The notes beneath the pieces were generated by a model. The model saw only the letters and a program-made list of their open reading frames with translations. It was not told where the DNA came from and searched no databases. Positions 53,597-64,000 of a stretch of DNA of 64,000 nt are shown here, piece after piece. This DNA comes from Dehalococcoidia bacterium (GTDB taxonomy: Bacteria > Chloroflexota > Dehalococcoidia > Lucifugimonadales > GCA-2712585), in assembly GCA_965221895.1 (NCBI GenBank), contig CBDCSX010000002.1, forward strand, positions 2,626,930 to 2,690,929, given 5' to 3'. The position numbers and the translations under genes were made by a program. Position 1 is the first letter of the stretch. Each line of letters begins with the position of its first letter.

Positions 53597-54808
53597 ATGC
53601 CTCTCATCTCCATTGAAGAGGCGATAGAGGAGTTCAGGCAGGGCAAGTTCCTCATCGTCGTGGACGACGCCAAGCGCGAGAATGAGGGAGACCTAACCAT
53701 CGCCGCAGAGGCGGTGACGCCGGAAGCCATCAACTTCATGATAACGAACGCGCGGGGGATGTTGTGCGTGCCAGTGACGCGGGACTGCCTGGAGCGGCTG
53801 AACATACCGATGATGGCCAAGGACGAATCGGAAGCCATTCACGGCACGGCCTACGCCATGTCCATCGACTATCTGAAAGACAATACTACGGGCATTTCGG
53901 CCTATGACCGGGCGGCCACTATTCGCGCCCTTCTGGACCCGACTGCGAGACCGGAAGACTTCGCCCAACCGGGGCACACATTTCCATTGCGCTACTGCGA
54001 AGGCGGAGTGCTTGCTCGGCCCGGGCATACGGAGGCGAGCGTGGACTTGGCCAGGCTGGCGGGGATGCAGCCCGCCGCCGCCATCTGCGAGGTAACGAAC
54101 CAGAACGGCACTATGGCCCGTATGCCGGACCTGGAGGATTTTTCCAAGGAGCATGGCATCAACCTGATATCCATTGCACAGTTGATTGCCCACCGGAGGA
54201 GAACGGAGAGGCTAGCGGAGCGGGTTGGGGAGGCACGGCTGCCCACCCAGTACGCGGACTTTACCATCTACGGGTACAGGAGCAGGTACGGCAGCGAGCA
54301 GCACGCGGCGTTGGTTCTGGGGAGTTGGGAGCCGGAGGAAGCTGTGCTGGTGCGAATTCATAGCCAGTGCTCTACGGGAGACGTATTCGGGAGTCTGCGC
54401 TGCGACTGTGGGGCACAGGTAGAGCACGCGCTGCAGGCTATCGCCGAAGAGGGGAAGGGCGTGTTCATCTACATGGGCCAGGAAGGGCGAGGGATTGGGC
54501 TGCACAATAAGATTCTGTCATATCATCTGCAGGACGATGGGTTAGACACGGTGGAGGCCAACGAACAGTTGGGTTTCGAGCCGGACCCCCGCAGCTACAG
54601 CCTGGGCGCGCAGATTCTTGTGGACTTGGGGGTGCGGAGGCTTCGGCTGATGACGAACAACCCCCGGAAGATAACGGGGCTTTCTGGGCACGGGCTGGAG
54701 ATTGTGGAGCGGATACCGGCGCCTGTGAAGCTGACGAAGGAAAACAGGAAGTACCTGAAGGCGAAGCACGAGAAGCTGGGGCATATATTTAGCGTTGATG
54801 ATGGGTAG
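53597..54808 (+). CDS. ribBA: Bifunctional DHBP synthase / GTP cyclohydrolase II
   Basis: RENEGDL, GHTEASVDL, RIHSQC.TGD.FGS.RCDCG, QEGRGIGL. Confidence 0.95.
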   Translation: MPLISIEEAIEEFRQGKFLIVVDDAKRENEGDLTIAAEAVTPEAINFMITNARGMLCVPVTRDCLERLNIPMMAKDESEAIHGTAYAMSIDYLKDNTTGISAYDRAATIRALLDPTARPEDFAQPGHTFPLRYCEGGVLARPGHTEASVDLARLAGMQPAAAICEVTNQNGTMARMPDLEDFSKEHGINLISIAQLIAHRRRTERLAERVGEARLPTQYADFTIYGYRSRYGSEQHAALVLGSWEPEEAVLVRIHSQCSTGDVFGSLRCDCGAQVEHALQAIAEEGKGVFIYMGQEGRGIGLHNKILSYHLQDDGLDTVEANEQLGFEPDPRSYSLGAQILVDLGVRRLRLMTNNPRKITGLSGHGLEIVERIPAPVKLTKENRKYLKAKHEKLGHIFSVDDG

Positions 54809-54893
54809 CGGGTTGTAGGGGAAGATGGTTTCCCGCATCTGTTTTCACGGGGACAGGCTCTCCGCGAGGGGACGGGGATGGGTCCCCGCATCC

Positions 54894-55016
54894 GGAGACC
54901 TTTGCATAACTATCGAATCGCATTCAAATGGCGGTGTAAGACGACTTTTGACATAGCTAAATCATGGGATTCTAGATTCCGGCTTTCGCCGGAATGACGG
55001 TTATGCAAAGGTCTCC
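54894..55016. mobile_element. MITE family 2 (123 bp)
   Basis: Nearly identical to 24646-24768; TSD ATCC in the same hairpin loop. Confidence 0.92.
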
Positions 55017-55234
55017 ATCCGAGAGGACAACGGGAGGGGGATGTGGGAATGACAGGTGGGGGGCGTTCGGGATAGCGTGGGAGTGGTGGATGGTACGGGA
55101 GCAGGGTGGTTATGGGGTGCAAGGGTTGGTTTGAAACCTGCTGCGTAATGGACTAGGGTTGCTTCCTCGGTTACACTCTGCCTAGCTATGGATGGAAGTT
55201 TGCAAGGTTAGCTTCCGCACAGCAATTTTTCCTT

Positions 55235-58200
55235 GTGGTGTTAAGTTCAGCGGTTAGTATGGTTGGCAGTTCGCAAGACCCGCTTCGTTTGTTTCATCCG
55301 GTTGTCCGGGAGTGGTTTGAGTCCCGGTTTGAACAGCCTACGCCCCCACAGCAGCGTGGCTGGCCCTCCATTCACGCTGGACGGCACACACTCATCGCCG
55401 CGCCCACCGGCTCCGGAAAGACGCTGGCTGCATTTCTAGCCGCCATCGACTCCCTTTTTCGTCAGGCCACTTCCGGCGAGCTTCCCGATCAGTGCCAGGT
55501 GGTCTACGTATCACCGCTCAAGGCCCTGAGCAACGACGTTCATAAGAATCTCTCAGAACCCCTGCAGGAAATTCGCCAGGCCGCTGCCGAAAAGGGGTTG
55601 GAGCTGCCGGAAATTCGCGTACTACTCCGGACGGGGGACACTCCTTCTTCTCAGCGGCAGGCGATGGTGAAGAGGCCACCACACATACTCGTCACGACGC
55701 CGGAGTCCCTGTACATTCTGCTCACATCGGTGAAGGCGCGGAATATGCTGAGGAGCGTGAAGACTGTCATTGTTGACGAGATTCACGCGCTGGCCCAGGA
55801 CAAACGGGGATCGCATCTATCGCTGTCGATGGAGCGGCTGAATCATCTTTCGGACGCGGACCCTGTGCGGATCGGACTTTCCGCCACGCAGCGACCCATT
55901 GAAGAAATGGCGCGTTTCCTAGTGGGGTCGCCCAACGTAGACGCGCTTGGAAATCCGCAGTGCGATATTGTCGACGAGGGGCATAGACGCGACATCGACC
56001 TGAGCCTGGAGATTCCGCCCACGCCGCTGGAGGCGGTCTGCGCTCACGAGGCTTGGGATGAGATCTACAACCGGCTGGCGGAGATAATCGAGGAGCACCG
56101 CACGACGCTGGTATTCGTGAACACGCGTCGCCTGGCAGAGAGGGTCGCCTATAACCTGAGCAAGAGGTTGGGGGACGAGAACGTGACTTCGCATCACGGA
56201 AGCTTGTCCAAAGAGCAGCGTCTCCATGCTGAGAAACGTCTCAAGAGCGGTAGTCTGAAGGCCCTCGTCGCTACGGCTTCGTTGGAATTGGGCATCGACA
56301 TTGGGGACGTGGACATGGTCTGCCAGCTTTCTTCCACACGCTCGATAGCCACATTGCTGCAGCGGGTGGGGCGCTCCGGGCATGCACTCGGGCGGACGCC
56401 CAAGGGGGCGATATTCCCCCTCACGCGGGACGACCTGGTGGAGTGTGTGGCGCTGCTGGGGGCAATCAAGAGGGGCTCGCTTGACCGGTTGAGCATACCG
56501 GAGAAACCACTGGACGTTCTGGCCCAACAGATGGTCGCGGCCATTGCGATGGAGGACTGGGACGAAGACGCGCTGTTTGACATGTGTCGCCAAGCGTACC
56601 CTTACCGCGACCTGAGCCGCGACGAATTTGATCAGGTGAGCAGGATGCTCTCGGAGGGGTTCTCGACCCGACGGGGCAGGCGGAGCGCGTATTTACACTA
56701 TGACGGAATCGGACGCCGGTTCAACGCCCGTCGTGGGGCGCGGCTGGCGGCGATCACTTCCGGTGGAGCGATACCGGAGAACGCCGACTACCAGGTGATT
56801 CTGGAGCCCCAGAATATTCCGGTAGGTACCGTCAATGAGGACTTCGCAATTGAGAGCATGGCGGGTGACATTTTCCAATTGGGGATTTCATCGTGGCGGA
56901 TACGGAAGGTGGAGCAGGGGAAGGTGCGGGTGGAAGACGCCCGCGGACTGCCGCCAACGATTCCGTTTTGGTTGGGTGAGGCACCGGCGCGGACGGACGA
57001 ATTATCTGACGCAGTGTCCGAGCTGAGGACATCGGTGGAGGGACACTTTCCTGACCTGCTGCAGGCGCAACGCTGGCTGAGCACGCAGACGGGTATCGAG
57101 TCGGCAGCCGCGCAGCAGCTGGTGGAATACCTGTGGGCCACGAAGAAGACGCTTGGGGTGGTGCCCAGCCAACAGAATGTGGTTTTCGAGCGGTTCTTCG
57201 ATGAAACCGGAGGGATGCAGTTGGTCATTCACTCGCCCTTTGGAGGCCGAATCAACCGGGCGTGGGGGCTGGCCCTACGAAAGCGGTTCTGCCGCACGTT
57301 CAACTTCGAGCTTCAGGCTGCCGCTAACGACAATTCGATTGTGCTTTCGTTGGGGCCGCAGCACAGCTTTCCGCTGGAGGAAGTCTTTGCATATCTGAAG
57401 CCGCAAACGGCGAAAGACGTGCTGACGCAGGCGCTGCTGGCGGCGCCTATGTTTCAGACACGGTGGAGGTGGAACGCGACACGCTCGCTGGCGGTGCTGC
57501 GGTGGCAGGGTGGCAGGAAGGTGCCCATGCCGATACAGCGGATGCGCTCCGACGACCTGCTGTCGGCGGTCTTTCCCGAGCAGACGGCGTGCCAGGAAAA
57601 CCTGGTGGGGGACGTGGAAATCCCCGACCATCCCATCGTCAACGAGGTGGTGAGGGACTGCCTGACGGAGGCGATGGACGTGGACGGGTTTACGCAGATT
57701 CTCAGCGACGCTGCCGAAAAGCGGCTGAACCTGGTGGCCGTGGACTCGGTGGAACCCTCACCGATGGCCCACGAGATACTGACGGCCAAACCCTACGCCT
57801 TTCTGGACGACGCGCCCCTGGAGGAGCGCCGGACGCAGGCGGTCTTCATGCGCCGGACGGTAGATGTCAACAAAGCTGATGACGTGGGCCAGCTGGACCA
57901 GGAGGCCATTCGGCGGGTACGGGAGCAGGCGTGGCCCGTAGTGGAAACGGTGGACGAACTGCACGACGCGCTGCTGCTTCTGGGGTTCATGACGCAGGAA
58001 GAGATGCGACCATTCCAGCCCTTCCTGTCGGAGCTTTTGGGGCTGAAGCGCGCGACAGAATTTTTCGTGACGCCCAGCCATTCCCTGTTCATTGCATGCG
58101 AGCGGCTGCCGCAGTTTCAAGCCATCATGCCTGGGCGGTCAATTCGGCCTGTGGTTGAGCCGCCTCCTCGGGAGCGCGCCGTTGAGTGGACGCCTGAGGA

Positions 58201-59599
58201 CGCGCTGCGGGAGATTATCAGAAGCAGACTGGAGGGTCTTGGGCCGGTAATGGTCGCTCGCCTGGCGGATTCTATTGGGATGCCGGAAAGGGCGATTGAC
58301 CGGGCGTTGATTGCGTTGGAGGGAGAAGGCTTTGCTATTCGCGGGCAGTTTGAACTTCGGGACGGCCCGGTGGAATGGTGCGATCGTCGGCTGCTGGCGC
58401 GGATTCACCGGTACACGCTGGACCGGCTTCGGAAGGAAGTGGAGCCGGTATCTCCCGCGGATTTCATGCGCTTTCTGTTCATCTGGCACCACCTGGACCC
58501 GGAATACCGGGTGGAAGGGCCGATGGGGCTGACGGCGCTGCTGGACCTGCTGGAGGGCTTTCAAGCGCCGGCGTCGGCGTGGGAGAACCATCTGCTGCCG
58601 GCGCGGATGAATCGGTACAACAACGCATGGCTGGACCAGCTTTGTCTGTCTGGGCAGGTGGCGTGGGCGCGGTTGCATCCGCCGTCGAATTCCGGCGGCG
58701 GACGCCGGACGAACGCGTCGCACAACTTACCGGTGGCGCTGATATTCCGGGAGAATCTTTCGTTTCATCTGTCGCTAGCGGCGGGGACGCCCGTCGAAAA
58801 GGGCCATCTCAGCGGACTCGCCGAGCACATATTGGAGGTGCTGGAACGGAGGGGGGCGTGTTTCTTCCAGGAGATTGTGCAGCAGACGCGACAGCTTTCG
58901 GGCAACGTGAAGCGGGGCTTGGCCGAGTTGGTCTCGTTGGGCCTTGTGACCTGCGACGGCTTTGCCGGACTGCGGGACCTCATTGCGCCGCAACGACGTC
59001 CCGTTCCCAACCGGCCCCGCAGTCCTCGTGGCCGCAAGCTAATCCTGCGGACGGTGGACAGGACGGCATCGGGACGGTGGTCCAAGCTGGAGCGGGACAC
59101 GGAGGATGACGTCGTTTCGGCAGAACAGGTGGAATTCAGCGCGCGGCAGCTTCTGAAGCGGTATGGGGTGGTATTCCACAAGCTGCTGATTCGCGAGTCC
59201 CACACGCCGCCGTGGCGGGAACTTCTGCGGGTCTATCGGAGGATGGAGGCGCGGGGCGAAATCCGCGGGGGCCGATTCATCACGGGTTTCTCGGGGGAAC
59301 AGTATGCTCTTCCAGAGGCCGTGGGTCAGCTTCGCGCCCTGCGGCGCAGCAAGTCTCGGGGGAATCTCGTGACCGTCAACGGTGCGGACCCGTTGAACCT
59401 GGTGGGTATCTTGACGCCGGGCGCCCGCGTACCGTCGTTGTCCGGCAACCGGATCCTGTTCAAGGACGGCGAGGCTGTGGCAGCGAGGGTCAGCGGGAGT
59501 ATCACCGATCTGGGGTCGTTGGACCAGAATTTGCTGCCCGCCGTCCACGCGGCCCTTAGAGGTCTAGACAGGTCACTATCATACCGACAAGAAAATTAA
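55235..59599 (+). CDS. lhr: Lhr-family DEAD/DEAH helicase, long form (start 55235 or 55259)
   Basis: APTGSGKT, DEIH, LSAT, SLELGIDIG, QRVGRSGH, C-terminal winged-helix region. Confidence 0.9.
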   Translation: MVLSSAVSMVGSSQDPLRLFHPVVREWFESRFEQPTPPQQRGWPSIHAGRHTLIAAPTGSGKTLAAFLAAIDSLFRQATSGELPDQCQVVYVSPLKALSNDVHKNLSEPLQEIRQAAAEKGLELPEIRVLLRTGDTPSSQRQAMVKRPPHILVTTPESLYILLTSVKARNMLRSVKTVIVDEIHALAQDKRGSHLSLSMERLNHLSDADPVRIGLSATQRPIEEMARFLVGSPNVDALGNPQCDIVDEGHRRDIDLSLEIPPTPLEAVCAHEAWDEIYNRLAEIIEEHRTTLVFVNTRRLAERVAYNLSKRLGDENVTSHHGSLSKEQRLHAEKRLKSGSLKALVATASLELGIDIGDVDMVCQLSSTRSIATLLQRVGRSGHALGRTPKGAIFPLTRDDLVECVALLGAIKRGSLDRLSIPEKPLDVLAQQMVAAIAMEDWDEDALFDMCRQAYPYRDLSRDEFDQVSRMLSEGFSTRRGRRSAYLHYDGIGRRFNARRGARLAAITSGGAIPENADYQVILEPQNIPVGTVNEDFAIESMAGDIFQLGISSWRIRKVEQGKVRVEDARGLPPTIPFWLGEAPARTDELSDAVSELRTSVEGHFPDLLQAQRWLSTQTGIESAAAQQLVEYLWATKKTLGVVPSQQNVVFERFFDETGGMQLVIHSPFGGRINRAWGLALRKRFCRTFNFELQAAANDNSIVLSLGPQHSFPLEEVFAYLKPQTAKDVLTQALLAAPMFQTRWRWNATRSLAVLRWQGGRKVPMPIQRMRSDDLLSAVFPEQTACQENLVGDVEIPDHPIVNEVVRDCLTEAMDVDGFTQILSDAAEKRLNLVAVDSVEPSPMAHEILTAKPYAFLDDAPLEERRTQAVFMRRTVDVNKADDVGQLDQEAIRRVREQAWPVVETVDELHDALLLLGFMTQEEMRPFQPFLSELLGLKRATEFFVTPSHSLFIACERLPQFQAIMPGRSIRPVVEPPPRERAVEWTPEDALREIIRSRLEGLGPVMVARLADSIGMPERAIDRALIALEGEGFAIRGQFELRDGPVEWCDRRLLARIHRYTLDRLRKEVEPVSPADFMRFLFIWHHLDPEYRVEGPMGLTALLDLLEGFQAPASAWENHLLPARMNRYNNAWLDQLCLSGQVAWARLHPPSNSGGGRRTNASHNLPVALIFRENLSFHLSLAAGTPVEKGHLSGLAEHILEVLERRGACFFQEIVQQTRQLSGNVKRGLAELVSLGLVTCDGFAGLRDLIAPQRRPVPNRPRSPRGRKLILRTVDRTASGRWSKLERDTEDDVVSAEQVEFSARQLLKRYGVVFHKLLIRESHTPPWRELLRVYRRMEARGEIRGGRFITGFSGEQYALPEAVGQLRALRRSKSRGNLVTVNGADPLNLVGILTPGARVPSLSGNRILFKDGEAVAARVSGSITDLGSLDQNLLPAVHAALRGLDRSLSYRQEN

Positions 59600-59610
59600 A
59601 GGAGACCCTC

Positions 59611-60048
59611 ATGTCAAATCAAGACGTACAGCAGGTCCAAGAGGTCATCGATCAATGGATGGCGGCCCTTAATGCTTGCGATACGGAGGCCGTTAAGAAA
59701 GTGTGGGACGAGTCGTATTCCGACCTGATTTACATTGCCGAGGAGAACAACGACGCACTTCACGGCTGGGAAGGGGTTGAGGGCTACTACAACGGGTTGG
59801 CGGACGTCAGTGAGGCTGACTGGGAGATGGACAACGTGAAGATAGACGTTATGGGCGACGTGGCCTGGGTCTATCTGACATACGTTGTGGAGGCCCACAT
59901 AATGAGCTTTGGGCGCACGGTGGTGTTTCCGGGACGCAACACCTTCATATTGCGGAAGAACGCGGGGGAGTGGAAGATAATTCACTATCACGAGTCGCTG
60001 TCTCGGGACGAGAGCAGGAAGACTTGGGACTGGTATTTTCAGAAGTAG
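59611..60048 (+). CDS. NTF2/SnoaL-like protein
   Basis: W..ALNA.D…GDVAW…T.ILRK..GEWKIIHYHES. Confidence 0.85.
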   Translation: MSNQDVQQVQEVIDQWMAALNACDTEAVKKVWDESYSDLIYIAEENNDALHGWEGVEGYYNGLADVSEADWEMDNVKIDVMGDVAWVYLTYVVEAHIMSFGRTVVFPGRNTFILRKNAGEWKIIHYHESLSRDESRKTWDWYFQK

Positions 60049-60056
60049 GTGATGTA

Positions 60057-60422
60057 ATGATAAAAACGCAGGGATTGAGTCATATTCATATTGCCGTTCG
60101 AGACGTGCAGCGTTCCTTTGCGTTCTACAGCAACGCATTTGGCATGGAAGTAAGCTTTTGGGTGGGTTCCTCCATGGTGTTTTTGACAACTCCAGGAGCC
60201 AAGGACACCTTTACTTTGAGAGAGGCCGGAGCGGAAGAACCTGTGGGACCGGGTGGAGGATTCGGACACTTCGGCTTTCGACTGGAAGAGAAAGAGGGGT
60301 TGGACGCGGCCGTTAAGGATGTGGTCGCGGCCGGCGGGACGCTAGTCTCACGGGGAGAACATGCTCCGGGACATTCCTACGCCTATGTTACTGACCCGGA
60401 CGGCTACGTCATCGAGCTATGA
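60057..60422 (+). CDS. VOC/glyoxalase family protein
   Basis: LSHIHIAV.D…FY…FG…HFGF…YVTDPDGYVIEL. Confidence 0.9.
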   Translation: MIKTQGLSHIHIAVRDVQRSFAFYSNAFGMEVSFWVGSSMVFLTTPGAKDTFTLREAGAEEPVGPGGGFGHFGFRLEEKEGLDAAVKDVVAAGGTLVSRGEHAPGHSYAYVTDPDGYVIEL

Positions 60423-60467
60423 ACCCTTGGTTGGGGTGGACGACGGACTGCGTCGGAGAAAATGCCA

Positions 60468-60496
60468 TTGCCAATAACCCAGGCTATGCTTATAAT
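60468..60496 (+). promoter_or_regulatory. Sigma70-type promoter of the XDH-family operon
   Basis: TTGCCA-17-TATAAT. Confidence 0.75.
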
Positions 60497-60545
60497 CTAG
60501 CCATATTTTCCCGTTGTTGATACCCTTCTTCTAGGAGGCATTGCC

Positions 60546-61418
60546 CTGCAAGACTTTGAATATGTAGCACCCACAAATCTCAAGGAAGCCGTCGCCCTGA
60601 TGGCGGAAAAAGGGCCTAAAGCTAAGGCTCTGGCCGGCGGCACCGACATCCTTGTCCAGCTTCGGGGCCACCGTTTCGTCATAGACAGACTGGTGGACGT
60701 GAAGGCCGTCCCGGAGTTGAACGAGTTGTCATGTTCCGCCGATGAGGGCCTTACGCTGGGGGCCGCCGTTGCCTGCCACCGGATCTACGAGGATGAGACC
60801 GTCATGGGACTATATTCGGGCTTGGTGGACGCGGCTTTTCTCATTGGAGGCATTCAGATCCAGGGTCGCGCCAGCGTCGGGGGGAACCTTTGCAACGCCT
60901 CGCCCAGCGGTGACACGATACCCATCCTGATAGCTCTAGGCGTGACTTGCGTTGTTGAGGGGCCCAACGGCAGCCGGACCCTTCCGGTGGAGGAGTTCTG
61001 TGTTGGCCCGGGCAAGAATGCCCTGGAGGACGGGGAGCTGCTGGTGGCACTGAAGTTTCCGCCGCCTACCTCGAACTCCGGCGCCCACTATCTGCGGTTC
61101 ATACCTCGTAACGAGATGGACATTGCGGTAGCCGGGGTTGGCGCGAGCGTGGTCTTGGAGGACGACAAGGAACGTATAAAGTCGGCCCGCATTGCCCTTG
61201 CCGCCGTGGGGCCTACGCCGATCTTCGCGAAAGAAGCGAGCGCATTGTTGGTGGGAATGGCCGCCAACGAGGAGTCCTACGAGGCTGCTGCGGAAGCGGC
61301 GAAGGCTGCTGTGCGGCCTATAAGCGACATGCGCGGCACGGCGAAGCAGCGAGTCCATCTTTCGGGCGTTCTGACCAAGCGCGCTCTTCGGGAAGCGGTC
61401 ACGAGAGCGCAGGGTTAG
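60546..61418 (+). CDS. Xanthine dehydrogenase family FAD-binding subunit (CoxM-like), probable CTG start
   Basis: AGGAGG 7 nt before CTG CAA GAC TTT GAA TAT (MQDFEY); LAGGTD, RASVGGNLCNASP.GD. Confidence 0.9.
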   Translation: MQDFEYVAPTNLKEAVALMAEKGPKAKALAGGTDILVQLRGHRFVIDRLVDVKAVPELNELSCSADEGLTLGAAVACHRIYEDETVMGLYSGLVDAAFLIGGIQIQGRASVGGNLCNASPSGDTIPILIALGVTCVVEGPNGSRTLPVEEFCVGPGKNALEDGELLVALKFPPPTSNSGAHYLRFIPRNEMDIAVAGVGASVVLEDDKERIKSARIALAAVGPTPIFAKEASALLVGMAANEESYEAAAEAAKAAVRPISDMRGTAKQRVHLSGVLTKRALREAVTRAQG

Positions 61419-61606
61419 CCGGTCGTTGCGGCGGTGCGAGGACAACGAGATTCTTCGACTCCGCTGCGCTGCGCTCAGAATGACATAGTGGGGGACGCTC
61501 AGAATGACATGGTGGGGGCGTCTAGGATAACTCAGAATAACGAGGTGGGGGCGCTTAGATTGGCGAGCGACCCTGTAGCCAGGAACGTAATAGTGAGGAA
61601 TTGTAT

Positions 61607-62101
61607 ATGAGCAAGAAAATCCACGTTCAGACAAACATCAACGGCTCCGACGTCGACCTGCTCTGCGAGAACCGACAGAGCCTTCTCGAAGTGCTTCGGG
61701 ACGTGCTTAACATGACGGGCACGAAGGAGGGTTGCAACGACGGCAACTGCGGGGCCTGCAGCGTCATCGTAGACGGGCTTCTTATTGATTCCTGCCTGAT
61801 GCTGGGCGTGGAAGCCGAGGGCAAGAAGATAACTACTATAGAGGGCGTGGCCTACACCCACGGGTTGCACCCGATTCAGCAGTCATTCCTGGAGAATGCC
61901 GCGCTGCAGTGCGGCATCTGCACCCCTGGCTTCATCGTCGCCGCCAAGTCGCTGCTGGAGCAGGAGCCTGAGGCAGACGAGGCCCGCGTTCGGCACTGGC
62001 TTGCCGGCAACCTATGCCGGTGCACGGGCTACGACAAGATAGTTCGAGCCGTACTGGACGCCGGAAAGACCATGGCGGCCCAATCCAAGTCGGAGAGTTA
62101 A
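61607..62101 (+). CDS. Xanthine dehydrogenase family 2x[2Fe-2S] subunit (CoxS-like)
   Basis: GC.DGNCGAC, QCGICTPG, NLCRCTGY. Confidence 0.95.
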   Translation: MSKKIHVQTNINGSDVDLLCENRQSLLEVLRDVLNMTGTKEGCNDGNCGACSVIVDGLLIDSCLMLGVEAEGKKITTIEGVAYTHGLHPIQQSFLENAALQCGICTPGFIVAAKSLLEQEPEADEARVRHWLAGNLCRCTGYDKIVRAVLDAGKTMAAQSKSES

Positions 62102-62102
62102 T

Positions 62103-64000
62103 ATGGCAGTTTCACACGTTTCCACCACTGAAGAGAAGCCTGAGTTCAAGGTAGTCGGAACGCGTCCGATCCGTCACGACGGATTGGAGAAGGTGACGGG
62201 GCAGGCCCGTTACAGCGCGGATATAAGCCTACCGGGGATGCTTCATGGGAAGGTTCTTCGGAGTCCCCACGCCCACGCGATCATCAAGTCCATTGACGCC
62301 AGCCGCGCCTTGGCTTTGCCGGGAGTGGAGGCAGTGATGACGTCGGAGGACCTGCCCCAGCCTTCCGGTCGCGTCGCTGATTTGGGCGAAGGCGCGATGA
62401 TGAATCCGAAGTTTCTCAGCAACAACACCCTGGCCTCGGGCAAGGTGCTCTACAAGGGCCATGCCGTTGCAGCCGTCGCTGCCGTCAACCAGCATGTGGC
62501 GGAAGAGGCGCTTAATCTGATTGACGTTGAATATGAAGTTCTGCCGCCAGTGTTGAACGCGCTGGACGCTATGAAAGAGGGCGCGCCCGTGCTCCACGAG
62601 CGGCTCTATACGGCGGACAACCCGTTCGTGCGGCCCGGCGGTCTGCGGGACGACTCGGACGCTAACGCCGGTTCCAACGTGGCCAGTCGCTTCGTTTTTG
62701 AACTGGGCGACCTGGAAAAAGGTTTTGCCGAAGCGGACATTATCGTCGAGAGGGAGTTCAAGACCAAGGCCGTGCATCAAGGCTACATAGAGCCGCATTC
62801 AGCCACTGCGACGTGGAACCGAGACGGCCGCATAACCATCTGGTGCGGCTCGCAGGGGCAGTTTGCCATGCGAGACCAGTCGGCGCTGGTTCTGGGCATT
62901 CCCGTATCGCAGATCAAGGTCATCCCCTTGGAAATCGGAGGAGGCTTTGGAGGCAAAACCCTGGTATACCTGGAGCCGGTGGCCGCGCTTCTTTCGAAGA
63001 AGACGGGCCGGCCGGTGAAGGTTTCCATGAGCCGCCAGGAAGTGTTTGAAGGGACGGGGCCTACGTCCGGCTCCTTCATGAAGGTGAAGATGGGCGCGAC
63101 GAGGGACGGACGCATTACGGCAACGACGGCTACGCTTATATATGAGGCGGGGGCCTTTCCCGGCTCGCCCATTAACCCCGGCACCCAGTGCATGTTTGGG
63201 CCCTACGACATTGAAAACGGGCGCGTGGTGGGGTACGACGTTGTGATCAACGCTCCGAAGACGGCGGCCTACCGGGCGCCGGGGGCGCCGGCGGCGGCAT
63301 ACGCCGCGGAAAGCGTCATTGACGAGCTGGCGGAAAAGCTGAACCTGGACCCCATAGACTTCCGGCTGCGGAACGGGGCCAAGGAGGGGACGCGCCGGCT
63401 TACGGGTCCCGTCTTCCCACGTATCGGATACCTGGAGACACTGCAGGCAGCGAAGGAGCATCCCCACTACTCTGCGCCGCTTTCGGGGCCGAATCGAGGG
63501 CGAGGGATAGCCGGCGGCTTTTGGTTCAACGGCTCCGGTCCTTCCAGCGCCACGGCCAGCGTCGACCAGGACGGGACGGTCAGCCTAATAGAGGGGTCGC
63601 CGGACATTGGCGGCTCCCGCGCCGCGGTGGCCATGCAGATGGCTGAAGTCCTCGGCATTCCCGCCGAAGACGTACACCCATCCATTGGCGATACGGACTC
63701 CATCGGCTTCACGTCGACCACCGGCGGCAGCGGGGTGGCCTTCAAGACGGGCTGGGCGAGCTACGAGGCGGCGCAGGACATCAAGCGGCAGATGATTGAG
63801 CGGGCGGCATACATCTGGGACGTGCCTGCCGAGAACGTGGACTTGGTAGACGGCGTGTTCCAGCACAGGTCTGACCCGGAACTGCGCTTCACATTCAAGG
63901 AGCTTGCATCGCTGCTTCTGGAGACGGGCGGGCCCATCGTGGGGCGCGCCGCCGTCAACCCCGGTGGCGTCGGTGGGGCCTTCGCTGTCCATATAGCCGA
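62103..64000 (+). CDS. Xanthine dehydrogenase family molybdopterin-binding subunit, partial (runs off the window)
   Basis: Translated by hand: VVGTRPIRHDGLEKVTGQARYSAD…LRSPHAHA, GGGFGGK, AYRAPG; absent from the ORF track because there is no stop in the window. Confidence 0.92.
   Translation, partial: MAVSHVSTTEEKPEFKVVGTRPIRHDGLEKVTGQARYSADISLPGMLHGKVLRSPHAHAIIKSIDASRALALPGVEAVMTSEDLPQPSGRVADLGEGAMMNPKFLSNNTLASGKVLYKGHAVAAVAAVNQHVAEEALNLIDVEYEVLPPVLNALDAMKEGAPVLHERLYTADNPFVRPGGLRDDSDANAGSNVASRFVFELGDLEKGFAEADIIVEREFKTKAVHQGYIEPHSATATWNRDGRITIWCGSQGQFAMRDQSALVLGIPVSQIKVIPLEIGGGFGGKTLVYLEPVAALLSKKTGRPVKVSMSRQEVFEGTGPTSGSFMKVKMGATRDGRITATTATLIYEAGAFPGSPINPGTQCMFGPYDIENGRVVGYDVVINAPKTAAYRAPGAPAAAYAAESVIDELAEKLNLDPIDFRLRNGAKEGTRRLTGPVFPRIGYLETLQAAKEHPHYSAPLSGPNRGRGIAGGFWFNGSGPSSATASVDQDGTVSLIEGSPDIGGSRAAVAMQMAEVLGIPAEDVHPSIGDTDSIGFTSTTGGSGVAFKTGWASYEAAQDIKRQMIERAAYIWDVPAENVDLVDGVFQHRSDPELRFTFKELASLLLETGGPIVGRAAVNPGGVGGAFAVHIA

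Noticed and set aside
63267-63284. Aerobic CO dehydrogenase (CoxL) call
   Set aside because: Active-site loop reads AYRAPG, not the form I AYxCSFR motif; generic XDH family only.

Overview
Bacterial chromosomal segment, high GC and G-rich on the + strand. Gene content (expanded luciferase-like monooxygenases, amidohydrolase, cyclase, xanthine-dehydrogenase-family Mo enzyme, CCG-anchored succinate dehydrogenase) suggests Chloroflexota/Dehalococcoidia, SAR202-like; this is inference, not a search result. Housekeeping and metabolic genes: sdhAB plus a CCG subunit, leuS, ppdK, purQ/purL, ribH, dcd-ribD-ribE-ribBA, ino1-pimA-pgsA, sodN/sodX, lepB, Lhr helicase, and an XDH-family operon truncated at the window end. 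No rRNA, tRNA, CRISPR, integrase or transposase was recognised. Main points of interest: (1) intergenic arrays of GTAG-type REP-like hairpins whose loops are precisely targeted by two MITE families with 4-bp TSDs, with filled and empty alleles both present, plus a third MITE type; (2) a decaying TIR-TM-TIR-hsdS defence cassette bracketed by 63-bp REP-derived direct repeats; (3) a split thioredoxin-fold gene that reads as a UxxC selenoprotein with a SECIS-like hairpin; (4) a putative ART-like toxin/antitoxin pair plus GmrSD-family nuclease; (5) two loci where TA modules have accumulated in tandem beside duplicated ends of the flanking gene; (6) a 3-copy promoter-plus-hairpin repeat of unknown function. 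All family assignments come from motif recognition by eye.
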